A program made the position numbers and the translations under genes. DNA of 32,000 bases, from positions 60,001 to 92,000 of the forward strand of contig NC_009928.1 in the NCBI RefSeq assembly GCF_000018105.1, given 5' to 3'. Under the pieces are notes generated by a model. It ran no database searches, was not told where the DNA came from, and worked only from the letters and a program-made list of their open reading frames with translations. The DNA is from Acaryochloris marina MBIC11017 (GTDB lineage Bacteria; Cyanobacteriota; Cyanobacteriia; Thermosynechococcales; Thermosynechococcaceae). Each line of letters begins with the position of its first letter. Within the stretch, counting starts at the first letter, position 1. Positions 24,438-32,000 of the stretch are shown one piece after another.

Positions 24438-25217
24438 TCAATTTGCCACCTCAAAGAAAAAACCTTGCTCAGCAATTGAATCAGCAACGACAGCATCCGG
24501 ATTTAAGGGAATTTCTTTCTGCTGGATGACCAGTTCACCTGTTTCTGTGTCAAATATCAAGCGTTGATCGTCAGAACTGGCATCTTCTCTTGAAAGATTT
24601 TTCAAGTATTGTTGAACATCTTGTGTGTCAGCTTGGCTTGCTTGAGTATCAGCACTAGCCTCATCGTCATCAACTTCTTCAAGTTGCAGTGGAATATCTA
24701 GTGAGTCAGCCTGATTTACCTGAATGTCAGAACTAGCCTCATCGTCAAGCAGTAGTTGAGCTTCTTCAACTTGTTGTGTATCTTGCGTATCAACTTGGCT
24801 TACTTGAGTATCTTCATTAGCTTCATCGTCATCAACATCATCAAGTTGTGATTGAGTATCCTTCGTATCATCCAGATTTGCCTGAGTATCTGCACTAGCA
24901 ATATCATCATCAAAATCTTCAATTTGTGTAGGAGTATCTAGTGAGGCAGCCTGATTTACCAGAGTACCTTCACTAATCTCATCATCAGGCTGTAGTTGAG
25001 CTTCTTCAGCTTGTTGAGTACCTTGCGTATCAACTTGGCTTACTTGAGTATCTTCATCAGCTTCATCGCCATCAACATCATCAAGTTGTAATTGAGTATC
25101 CTTCGTGTCATTCAGATTTGCTTGAGTATCTTCACTAGCTTCAACTTCGTTGTCATCAACATCTTCAGGTTGCGGTGGAACTTCTTCAGGTTGATAAATC
25201 TCTTCAGAGTTTGTCAT
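24438..25217 (-). CDS. Extremely acidic (Asp/Glu/Gln/Thr-rich) repeat protein with a short non-repetitive C-terminus
   Basis: 259-aa ORF. The 80-aa unit starts at A27, A107 and A187. The C-terminal ~45 aa (DQRLIFDTETGELVIQQKEIPLNPDAVVADSIAEQGFFFEVAN) are non-repetitive. Confidence 0.6.
   Translation of the reverse strand: MTNSEEIYQPEEVPPQPEDVDDNEVEASEDTQANLNDTKDTQLQLDDVDGDEADEDTQVSQVDTQGTQQAEEAQLQPDDEISEGTLVNQAASLDTPTQIEDFDDDIASADTQANLDDTKDTQSQLDDVDDDEANEDTQVSQVDTQDTQQVEEAQLLLDDEASSDIQVNQADSLDIPLQLEEVDDDEASADTQASQADTQDVQQYLKNLSREDASSDDQRLIFDTETGELVIQQKEIPLNPDAVVADSIAEQGFFFEVAN
24611..25139 (-). repeat. Tandem 240-bp coding repeat, about 2.2 copies
   Basis: ASEDTQANLNDTKDTQLQLDDVDGDEADEDTQVSQVDTQGTQQAEEAQL... 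is repeated as ASADTQANLDDTKDTQSQLDDVDDDEANEDTQVSQVDTQDTQQVEEAQL..., then a partial third unit ASADTQASQADTQD follows. Confidence 0.85.
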
Positions 25218-25814
25218 AACATCTATTTTCTTGAGTCTGCACTATAAAAGCACATTAGCTATCTTAAAAGACTAGTATTTTTATAACTTAGCTAGGGTAT
25301 ATCCTAAACAAATTTTAATGAGGATTGAAATATATTTTTCCTTGACAATTGGTATTATAAGTCCTTTGTATAGCTGCTATTAGCCAGGATAGATTTCACC
25401 GAAATCTTACCAGAGTTATATATTTTTTGCATATAATTTAATTAGCCAATATCAGCTTCTAATTCGGGTGTTTATATGGGACTCATTGACATTTAGCTAT
25501 TTCATTTGCTCATTGAGGGAGCCTGAACCTGGTGTAATAATTTTATCTAATATAATCCATAACTTTTTACGAAGATTATAGACTTTTCTTGCAATTCTAA
25601 GAACCGCAAGAAAAGTCATGTATTCTAGACTTTGTTAAAACTTTAGTTAATTAGTTCTACTAATCACTTCTAGATATATTTTCTTTGCTTCTTATCGTTA
25701 CTACAAAGTTTATAGAACAATCCCTTAAAATGCTTTGATTGGGCTGTATTGGCTATGTTAAGTTTTGGGATTTATATCTAGAATTTTGATTTTATCCAGT
25801 TGGGAGTTTTTAAT

Positions 25815-26519
25815 ATGCCCTTGCCTTTATTAGAGTACAACTTGACATCTCAAAATCAGCGTGTTGATGGTTTTGAAGTCCCAAGCGATGAACAAAAAAC
25901 ATTCAGTTCAGGGAAACTTACTACCCCTACTGAAATTGCGACCATCATTGATGCTGCCTACTTGCAAATCTTCCATGAGCAACAGATGCTAACGGCTAAC
26001 CGTCAGGCGACCCTGGAATCCCAACTCAAAGCCGGGCAGATTACCGTCAAGGATTTTATCCGGGGTTTGATTTTATCAGATTCCTTTCGACGGCTGAATT
26101 ATGATGCCAACAACAACTATCGCTTTGTTGAGCTTTGCTTCCAGCGGGTGTTAGGCCGCCAGGTTTATAACGAAAGAGAAACCCTGGCTTGGTCAATTGT
26201 TCTAGCTACGAAAGGGCTTCAAGGCTTTATCGATGAACTGCTCAATACCGATGAATATTTGGAAACTTTTGGGGAAGATACAGTTCCGTATCAACGCCGT
26301 CGAATTCTCCCTAAGCAGGAGATCGGTGAGTTAACCTTTGCTCACGTCACTCGTTATGGTGAAGATTATCGGAATAAACTTGCCCGTTACAGCCGCTCTT
26401 CTGAATTTCGAACCTTGGATGTCCGCTCTGAGAAGGTTTCCCTATTTTTGACAACATTGGTTATCGTCGTGCTACTAGGCATTTTATTAACGCTCCTGAA
26501 TGCAGCCCCTATTAGTTAG
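25815..26519 (+). CDS. cpcL: CpcG-family rod linker with a hydrophobic C-terminal helix (CpcL / CpcG2 type)
   Basis: PBS-linker domain (IIDAAYLQIFHEQQML...QLKAGQITVKDFIRGLILSDSFRR...FVELCFQRVLGRQVYNERE...FIDELLNTDEYLETFGEDTVPYQR) plus a C-terminal TM segment VSLFLTTLVIVVLLGILLTLL. ATG at 25815 is preceded by GGGAG. Confidence 0.85.
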   Translation: MPLPLLEYNLTSQNQRVDGFEVPSDEQKTFSSGKLTTPTEIATIIDAAYLQIFHEQQMLTANRQATLESQLKAGQITVKDFIRGLILSDSFRRLNYDANNNYRFVELCFQRVLGRQVYNERETLAWSIVLATKGLQGFIDELLNTDEYLETFGEDTVPYQRRRILPKQEIGELTFAHVTRYGEDYRNKLARYSRSSEFRTLDVRSEKVSLFLTTLVIVVLLGILLTLLNAAPIS

Positions 26520-26535
26520 CGTTCGGGATTTATTT

Positions 26536-26575
26536 ATAGGAAGTATTGTAAGTGATTCACTACAATACTTCCTAT
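26536..26575. terminator. Long hairpin between the convergent cpcL and rod operon; candidate bidirectional terminator
   Basis: ATAGGAAGTATTGTAAGTGA / TCACT-ACAATACTTCCTAT forms a 19-bp stem with one bulge. It begins 17 nt after the cpcL stop and has T-rich flanks on both sides. Confidence 0.55.
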
Positions 26576-26645
26576 TCTGGTGTTCAAGGTTAATGTCCAA
26601 TACTGGAAATTCAGAGTTCTATCTTCGGTCAGACTGTCAAAGAGA

Positions 26646-26680
26646 ACCTCTTTGAAGAGAATGATAGTCTCCAAAGAGGT
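26646..26680. terminator. Second hairpin downstream of the tandem-cpcD gene
   Basis: ACCTCTTTG (26646-54) pairs with CAAAGAGGT (26672-80), a 9-bp stem with a 17-nt loop and only a weak U tract. Confidence 0.3.
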
Positions 26681-26785
26681 CTGTCAATTTATTAAGTCGT
26701 TATTCCAACAGTATTGCTTGTGAAAGAATCACTTCAAAATAGTTGCTGATTTCCTCAAAACATCAAACAGTGATAAATCAGAATC

Positions 26786-27190
26786 TTACGCAGGAGACAC
26801 ATTAAGTACTTTGCTACCTTTTTGGTTGAATCGCTTCAGGGCAGAAGAGAGTTGTTCATAGGGAATAAGATATTCACTGATGCTTGCTCTCACCTTGGCT
26901 GTCCTTGCTAAGGATGATTTGGTCACACGTACTCTATATAGCTTCTGCCGATTCCCCCCAACCGTTCCAACGACACCCTTAGTACCAGATGAATAATCAC
27001 TCGCTGGACGGATACGGACAATTTTGCCACCCAAACGTGTAATCCGCTGTGTTTCTGCATTCATCCGGCTTAGAGGAACTTGAATCAAAACACTACTGTT
27101 TCGAAATTGATGATTTCGATTCTGGGTTTCACTGTTTTGTCGTAAACCGGTTACTTCATATATGAAAGTTTGGCGAGATTGCCCTAACAT
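26786..27190 (-). CDS. cpcD: Small rod linker with two tandem CpcD-type domains
   Basis: Domain 1 is RQTFIYEVTGLRQ...VLIQVPLSRMNAETQRITRLGGKIVRIRP. Domain 2 is QKLYRVRVTKSS...SEYLIPYEQLSSALKRFNQKGSKVLNVSP. Both match the CpcD pattern also seen in the CpcC C-terminus next door (RLYRIEVSG...[27 protein letters not shown]). Confidence 0.75.
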   Translation of the reverse strand: MLGQSRQTFIYEVTGLRQNSETQNRNHQFRNSSVLIQVPLSRMNAETQRITRLGGKIVRIRPASDYSSGTKGVVGTVGGNRQKLYRVRVTKSSLARTAKVRASISEYLIPYEQLSSALKRFNQKGSKVLNVSPA

Positions 27191-27204
27191 TATGTTTCTA
27201 ACTC

Positions 27205-28077
27205 CTATTTCGCAACAGTAATGCTTGCAACCTTACCACCCAACTTATTGATCTGTTTCAGGGTGTTATTGAGTTGATTGTAAGGAACAATAAATTCCCG
27301 ATTGCTCCTTCTCACCTTCGGATATCGAGGTAGACTAATGCCAGAAACCTCAATCCGATATAGACGGGCAGTAGAAGATTCAGACGAGCGTCCAAACGCT
27401 AGATTTGGGGTCGTTCCTTGTTTAGAAGACTGATATCCCCAGCCGTCGCACCCGCCAGAGGGTGCGATTACTGCAGAAGCGGAATTAGTAGCAAGTTGGC
27501 CAGCCAAGCGAGACGCTGCACCCGCTAATTGAGCGCGGTCGCTATTGGCATATCCACGGTATAGATTGAACAGGCGGGTAAATCCAACCGTTTGCTGACC
27601 GACACCTGTGGTCACCAAATCGCGGTAGTAAGGAACGATGGAATCACCAAAACTCGCATCATATTCCTTGGAGTCAATATAAGAATCAATATCTGCCTCA
27701 TATCCCTCATTTTGGTAACGATCGAGATGTTCAATCACCTCTGCTTCACTATAGGGTGCTCGCCCTAAGAGGTGCTTGAAGTTTAATTCAATGACTCTCG
27801 TATGAAAATGAGGGTAGAGAAATTTGGACTTATATAATTCTGATTTAGCAACTGCACGAACAAAATCTTTAACCGTTAAAAGACCGTTGGCAAATTGAGA
27901 CTCAAGCCCGCTGAGTCGCTCCGCTTCCATTAAATGGTCGTTTCCTAACACCTGGCGGTAAACCGCATTAATGGTCATCTCAGCATCTTTCTGTGACCAG
28001 TTGGGACGAAGCTCCGTAGGTGGCGTTTCATCGAATACTGATGTACCCAGTCGAGATGCTGATGTCGTTATTGCCAC
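27205..28077 (-). CDS. cpcC: Phycocyanin-associated rod linker CpcC (PBS-linker domain plus C-terminal CpcD domain)
   Basis: [49 protein letters not shown]...[20 protein letters not shown] plus the C-terminal CpcD domain. 290 aa. Confidence 0.9.
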   Translation of the reverse strand: MAITTSASRLGTSVFDETPPTELRPNWSQKDAEMTINAVYRQVLGNDHLMEAERLSGLESQFANGLLTVKDFVRAVAKSELYKSKFLYPHFHTRVIELNFKHLLGRAPYSEAEVIEHLDRYQNEGYEADIDSYIDSKEYDASFGDSIVPYYRDLVTTGVGQQTVGFTRLFNLYRGYANSDRAQLAGAASRLAGQLATNSASAVIAPSGGCDGWGYQSSKQGTTPNLAFGRSSESSTARLYRIEVSGISLPRYPKVRRSNREFIVPYNQLNNTLKQINKLGGKVASITVAK

Positions 28078-28514
28078 AAGTAACTCTCCTTTGACACTCG
28101 TGTATCGCTTATGTTTTTGGTCGCTGGAAATTCAATTAAGTGATAGTAATAAGTATCAATCACCTGGTTCTTTTAGATGAATACTAAAATAATGTCGGCA
28201 AGGCGTGAATATAAAAAGACTCAAGGAGGTGCCAAAAACACTATCTAGCAAATACACCAACCCAGGGCTGTTTCAAATTTTTAGAGATACTTTGAAGAAC
28301 TGGAAAATCTTGAGAGGCAAACGTGCAATTTGAGGATCTGAGTATTAATAACCTTAGTTACTAAGTTCTCTGTGCAATTTGAAACAGCTTAGAGCCATAA
28401 CACTAGATTCAATCGATAGCCTTACCAAAGGCAAACCAATATGTCCAAAACTTTGTTGGGGTTGATTAATACGAATGACGTATTTCCAATCTCCTTACCT
28501 ATTTGAAGGAGATA

Positions 28515-28580
28515 AACCCAAAATAGCAACAGCTCAACTGTTATTCCAGCCGATAAACCAGAGCAGTGCCATTTTGGGTT
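28515..28580 (-). terminator. Long-range hairpin just 3' of the proximal cpcA (3'-end / stability element candidate)
   Basis: AACCCAAAAT (28515-24) pairs with ATTTTGGGTT (28571-80), a 10-bp stem. It starts 17 nt after the cpcA stop. An analogous element follows the other cpcA. Confidence 0.35.
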
Positions 28581-28596
28581 ATCAAAGCTTCTACAT

Positions 28597-29085
28597 CTAG
28601 CTCAGTGCATTAATCGCATAGTCAATATACGAGTTGGCTTCAACTGCCGAGTCACCACTTAAGCCATGGTTTGCTTTAATGTGCTTCAGAGCCTCAACAT
28701 ACCAGCTTGGCGATAAATCAAACGTTCTATTGATCTCAGCTAAACCATTAATTAAATAGTCATCCAAGGGACCTGTGCCACCTGCGATTAAGCAATAGCT
28801 GATAATCCGTAGATAATAGCCAATATCTCTAACACACTTGGCTTTTCCCTCTGGTGTTGAGGCGTAATTGCTCCCCGTCATTTGAGTGGTGTAGGGAAAC
28901 TTCTGATACACAGCATTGGCTGCACCATCAGCCAAACTATCTGCTTTGGAATTTAAAGTTTTCGCTGCATCCAGACTTGCAGCTGCCTGACGGAAGCGAC
29001 CAAAGGCGACTTGCAATTCTGTCGAACTTAAAAACCGTCCTTGAGAATCTGCAGATGAGACGGCTTCAATCAAAGGGGTTTGCAT
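28597..29085 (-). CDS. cpcA: C-phycocyanin alpha subunit (operon-proximal to cpcC)
   Basis: 162 aa with the chromophore site [13 protein letters not shown] (Cys84) and the ending [22 protein letters not shown]. Confidence 0.95.
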   Translation of the reverse strand: MQTPLIEAVSSADSQGRFLSSTELQVAFGRFRQAAASLDAAKTLNSKADSLADGAANAVYQKFPYTTQMTGSNYASTPEGKAKCVRDIGYYLRIISYCLIAGGTGPLDDYLINGLAEINRTFDLSPSWYVEALKHIKANHGLSGDSAVEANSYIDYAINALS

Positions 29086-29169
29086 GTTTATTTTCCTCTA
29101 AAGAATTTAGCAAAAGGAGGCAAAAATATATAAGTACAGAAAAATGAAGGACTGAATTTCTTCCTAGAT

Positions 29170-29688
29170 TTAACCCACAGCAGAGGAAGCTAAATCAAAA
29201 TAGCTACCTATTTCAGCCATAAGATTACTGCAATCACCTTGAGTAATCCCTTTAGGATCATTGGCTATTTCGATAGCTGCTTCTTTCATCTTCTGAACAC
29301 CCGCAGCGACTGAACCGCCAGGAACGCCAAGAGCTGAGTATGTCTCACGTAGGCCATTGAGGCAACGGTCATTCAGGACACTGGCATCGCCAGTATAGAC
29401 AGCATAGGTAACATAGCGGAGGATGATTTCCATGTCACGTAAACAAGCAGCCATCCGACGAGAAGTGTAGGCATTTCCACCGGGTGCACACAATTGGGGT
29501 TGATCAGCAAATAGGGCTCTTGCTGCATTGGCTACAATCGTCGATGCGTTGCCTGTGATTCGGTTGACAGCATCAATACGCTTATTAGCATCAGCCACCA
29601 TTGCTTTGAGAGCATCTACCTCTGCATCGCTGACGTAAGCTCCTCTTGTGTCAGCCTGAGAGACTACTTTAGTAAAAGCATCTAGCAT
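29170..29688 (-). CDS. cpcB: C-phycocyanin beta subunit (canonical-looking copy)
   Basis: 172 aa: [16 protein letters not shown]..., [16 protein letters not shown] (Cys82), TQGDCSNL (Cys153). It carries an extra Cys at position 67 (QPQLCAPGG). Confidence 0.95.
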   Translation of the reverse strand: MLDAFTKVVSQADTRGAYVSDAEVDALKAMVADANKRIDAVNRITGNASTIVANAARALFADQPQLCAPGGNAYTSRRMAACLRDMEIILRYVTYAVYTGDASVLNDRCLNGLRETYSALGVPGGSVAAGVQKMKEAAIEIANDPKGITQGDCSNLMAEIGSYFDLASSAVG

Positions 29689-30037
29689 TCTGGTATCTCC
29701 TAAATTTTGTAATTCCGAATGAATTCAATTTTGTTGTAAAGAACAATCATTGAACAAAAAACAACCAGTTTTAACGCCCTGTTGCTATGGAGACAATGAA
29801 GCTAGAAAGTAGTTAACCTTAAAAATATCATTTGATTAAGATGCCTTGCTTTCTGGCGAATCTATTGACTCATAGTCAGTTGTGTTAATCAGAACTGGAA
29901 GACAAACTTCCAATATAAAGATTCATTTTGTCAGCATTTGATGCATTGATCAATGAATCTTAGAAAACACGCATCCTGAAATATTTGGAAATTGAGTCTT
30001 TATGCTTTTTGAACTCCCTTTATAATTAAACCAATGT

Positions 30038-30059
30038 AATTGTGCAAAAATTGTGCAAT
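30038..30059. promoter_or_regulatory. Perfect direct repeat AATTGTGCAA x2 with 11-bp period upstream of the second cpcBA pair
   Basis: AATTGTGCAA at 30038-47 and at 30049-58. On the coding strand this reads TTGCACAATT-T-TTGCACAATT. It lies about 350-370 nt upstream of the cpcB ATG at 29688. Confidence 0.3.
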
Positions 30060-30206
30060 CGGTCTAATTCAGTCAAATAAACTATGTTTGCTATAGATTC
30101 TATTGACTGAGAAGCTTCTATACCTTGTTTCAGTAGAGGGCGCAGCTAAGAGATGAGAAAGACTGTCCTCTAATTCTTCAGAACGAGAACTATGGCAAGC
30201 ATAATA

Positions 30207-30265
30207 AAAACCCAGAAGAGTTAATATTCACCACCGATGAGGTGCCTATTTCCCTTCTGGGTTTT
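30207..30265 (-). terminator. Hairpin 3' of the distal cpcA (terminator / processing-protection candidate)
   Basis: AAAACCCAGAAG (30207-18) pairs with CTTCTGGGTTTT (30254-65), a 12-bp stem. On the minus strand the 3' arm ends in UUUU followed by UAUUAU. It lies 51 nt after the cpcA stop. Confidence 0.4.
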
Positions 30266-30315
30266 CAATTGCTAGAGGAGGGTGGCAGCAATTTTAATCG
30301 TTAGACCACGATGGG

Positions 30316-30804
30316 CTAGCTAAGTGCATTGATGGCATAGTCAATATACGAGTTGGCTTCAACAGCCCCATCACCACTTAAGCCATGGTTTGCTTTGATA
30401 TATTTCAGCGCTTCAACATACCAACTGGGTGACAAGTCAAAGGTGCGGTTGATCTCTGCCAGTCCGCTCACTAAATAGTCATCCATGGGACCTGTCCCAC
30501 CCACCACACAGCAGTAGGTGATCATGCGCAGGTAATACCCTATATCGCGCACACACTTGTCTTTGCCCCGCTGAGTGGAAGCATAGTTATTTCCCTGTAA
30601 TGAAGTTGTGTAGGGAAACTTCTTGTATACGGCATCAGCGGCTTGAGAAGCCAGGCTATCTGCTTTCTCGCTCAATGCTCTTGCGGCTTGTAAGCCCGTC
30701 GATGCTTGACGAAAACGTCCAAAAGCAACCTGGAGTTCTGTTGAGCTGAGGAACTTTCCTTGGGAATCGGCTGAAGCTAGGGCCTCAGTCAAAGGGGTTT
30801 TCAT
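30316..30804 (-). CDS. cpcA: C-phycocyanin alpha subunit (distal copy)
   Basis: 162 aa: [35 protein letters not shown]. About 79 percent aa identity to the other copy. Confidence 0.95.
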   Translation of the reverse strand: MKTPLTEALASADSQGKFLSSTELQVAFGRFRQASTGLQAARALSEKADSLASQAADAVYKKFPYTTSLQGNNYASTQRGKDKCVRDIGYYLRMITYCCVVGGTGPMDDYLVSGLAEINRTFDLSPSWYVEALKYIKANHGLSGDGAVEANSYIDYAINALS

Positions 30805-30872
30805 TTCTAAATTTCTCCTAATTACCGATATCTAAATGGGGCGCGATGGATGGCTATTTCTAACGAGGCCCG

Positions 30873-31391
30873 TTAGCCTACGGCGCGTGCCGCTAAGTCG
30901 AAGTAGTCGCTGACTTCTGAAATCAAGCTGGAACAATCTCCTTGAGTGACGCCATTAGGGTCACTCGCAATTTCTAATGCTGCATCTCGCATCTTGCTGA
31001 CGCTCAGGGACATCGACTTGGTTGGGACACCCAGTGTTTGATAGGTTTGCTTGAGGCCGTTCAAACAGCGATCTTCAAGAATGCTGGCATCACCGGCAAA
31101 GATGGCGTAAGTCACATAACGCAGAATAATTTCCATGTCTCGTAAGCAAGCGGCCATCCGACGATGGGTGTATGCATTACCACCCGGCTGGATGAGTGAA
31201 GGCTGCTCCTCGAACAAATCACGCGCCGCATTCGCAACGATGGTAGACGCATTACTCGTGATTCGATTGACGACATCCATCCGCTTATTGCCATCCGAGA
31301 CGACAGCTTGCAGGGCTGCGATCTGGGAATCACTCAGAAAATCCCCTCGGGCGTCTGCTTGTGAAACTACTTTCGCAAATGCATCATACAT
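30873..31391 (-). CDS. cpcB: C-phycocyanin beta subunit (divergent copy)
   Basis: 172 aa: [16 protein letters not shown]..., [24 protein letters not shown]. About two thirds aa identity to the other cpcB. Confidence 0.95.
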   Translation of the reverse strand: MYDAFAKVVSQADARGDFLSDSQIAALQAVVSDGNKRMDVVNRITSNASTIVANAARDLFEEQPSLIQPGGNAYTHRRMAACLRDMEIILRYVTYAIFAGDASILEDRCLNGLKQTYQTLGVPTKSMSLSVSKMRDAALEIASDPNGVTQGDCSSLISEVSDYFDLAARAVG

Positions 31392-31575
31392 AGTTCTATT
31401 GGAATCTCCATAAATGTCATAAATGCGCTTTATTTCATGTGTGTCTTAGTACTGAAATAAGCTAAGAATTTCAATAATCTTGACCTTAAACTGCAAATTG
31501 ATGAACAATTTGAGAAGGTAGCCAGAAAGATTATCCAACTTAGAGAAACATCCTTCAGCGAGAACAGCGCAAAAA

Positions 31576-31603
31576 TTTACGGAATTTTATAATATTTACA
31601 AAG
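31576..31603. promoter_or_regulatory. HLR1-like array of TTTAC/TTTAT octamers upstream of the first cpcB
   Basis: TTTACGGA (31576) -AT- TTTATAAT (31586) -A- TTTACAAA (31595). The first pair has the canonical 2-nt spacer and 13/16 matches to (G/T)TTACA(T/A)(T/A)N2(G/T)TTACA(T/A)(T/A). The third octamer is a perfect match but sits 1 nt closer. The array lies 185-210 nt upstream of ATG 31391. Confidence 0.4.
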
Positions 31604-31703
31604 TTATGGATTTGTGAGATTTTCTGCTATGAAGCTAGAGCTAACACACCATTTGGGTGGTGCTCAAGCGGGTAACCATAGAAGTGAGCTTGGCCTAAAC
31701 TCT

Positions 31704-32000
31704 CTAGGGCTTCAGGGTATAACCTACCCCGTGTACGGTATGAATTAGTTTGGGGTTGCCGCTGCTATCCCCAAGTTTGCGACGTAAGTGTGAGATATGA
31801 ATATCAACGACCTGAGTGTCAACGTTAGCCTCATGGCTATATCCCCATACTTTATGCAAAAACTCTGACCGCGAAATAGGTTCTCCTGGATGGGTCGCTA
31901 ACAATTCCAATACACTAAATTCCATATGGGTAAGGGAAATACGGCTACGTCCCTTGAAAACCTGTCTTTTGTTGGTATCGACTGTTATTGAACCAAATCG
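31704..32000 (-). CDS. OmpR-family response regulator, RpaB-like; only the C-terminal DNA-binding domain is in the window
   Basis: The frame is open from the window edge: RFGSITVDTNKRQVFKGRSRISLTHMEFSVLELLATHPGEPISRSEFLHKVWGY..VDTQVVDIHISHLRRKLGD..NPKLIHTVHGVGYTL. This parallels RpaB (IDTNKRQVYKGDERIRLTGMEFSLLELL..GEPFSR.EIL.EVWGY..VDTRVVDVHISRLR). Confidence 0.85.
   Translation of the reverse strand, partial: RFGSITVDTNKRQVFKGRSRISLTHMEFSVLELLATHPGEPISRSEFLHKVWGYSHEANVDTQVVDIHISHLRRKLGDSSGNPKLIHTVHGVGYTLKP

Noticed and set aside
25697-25717. GTTACTACAAAGTTTATAGAA upstream of cpcL as another HLR1 site.
   Set aside because: Half-site matches are poor (about 5/8 each) and the spacing is off. 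It cannot be told apart from AT-rich background by eye.
28597-31391. Whether one of the two alpha/beta pairs is phycoerythrocyanin or phycoerythrin rather than phycocyanin.
   Set aside because: Both alphas have the single Cys84 site in a KxKCVRD context with PC-type sequence. Both betas have only the Cys82 and Cys153 sites in a PC context. No PE-type extra sites or loop insertions are present.

Overview
Cyanobacterial DNA, identified from phycocyanin genes, CpcC/CpcD/CpcL-type linkers, RpaB-like regulators and an RRM Rbp gene. The IS load and the plasmid-like phycobiliprotein cluster are reminiscent of Acaryochloris-type genomes, but that is a guess I cannot test here. All family calls come from reading the translations and recalling motifs; no database search was run. 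Layout: (1) 1-4.4 kb holds a redox/detox cluster (SnoaL-like, F420-reductase-like, truncated quinone oxidoreductase, TetR divergent from an AhpD/CMD-like gene) and a GT26 glycosyltransferase. (2) 4.4-5.2 kb is an AT-rich stretch with no genes. (3) 5.2-8.1 kb is an orphan module: a DUF2811-like gene translationally coupled to a stand-alone dsRBD gene that is split by an IS1-family element, then a short SepF-like gene and an orphan ORF whose 5' segment recurs twice elsewhere. (4) 8.2-21.3 kb is saturated with insertion sequences: two diverged IS21-family elements, an IS701/IS4-like fragment, an IS4 (ISY203-like) element and an IS3-family element. A class A PBP gene here is destroyed by frameshifts and by a nested IS21-in-IS3 insertion whose history can be reconstructed base by base. 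An RRM protein, a prohibitin and a structured RNA-like element sit in between. (5) 21.8-25.2 kb carries comB, an RpaB-like regulator and an acidic 80-aa tandem-repeat protein. (6) 25.8-32 kb is a phycobilisome rod cluster: a CpcL-type membrane-anchored linker convergent with cpcB-cpcA, cpcB-cpcA, cpcC and an unusual tandem-CpcD gene, then a second RpaB-like regulator at the window edge. No rRNA, tRNA or CRISPR array was recognised. The best candidates for something undescribed are the tandem-CpcD/CpcL/dual-cpcBA module bracketed by RpaB paralogs with direct-repeat sites, a duplicated ~340-bp module (81-aa ORF plus a better-conserved structured leader), a riboswitch-like element at 12.05-12.22 kb, and the stand-alone dsRBD operon.
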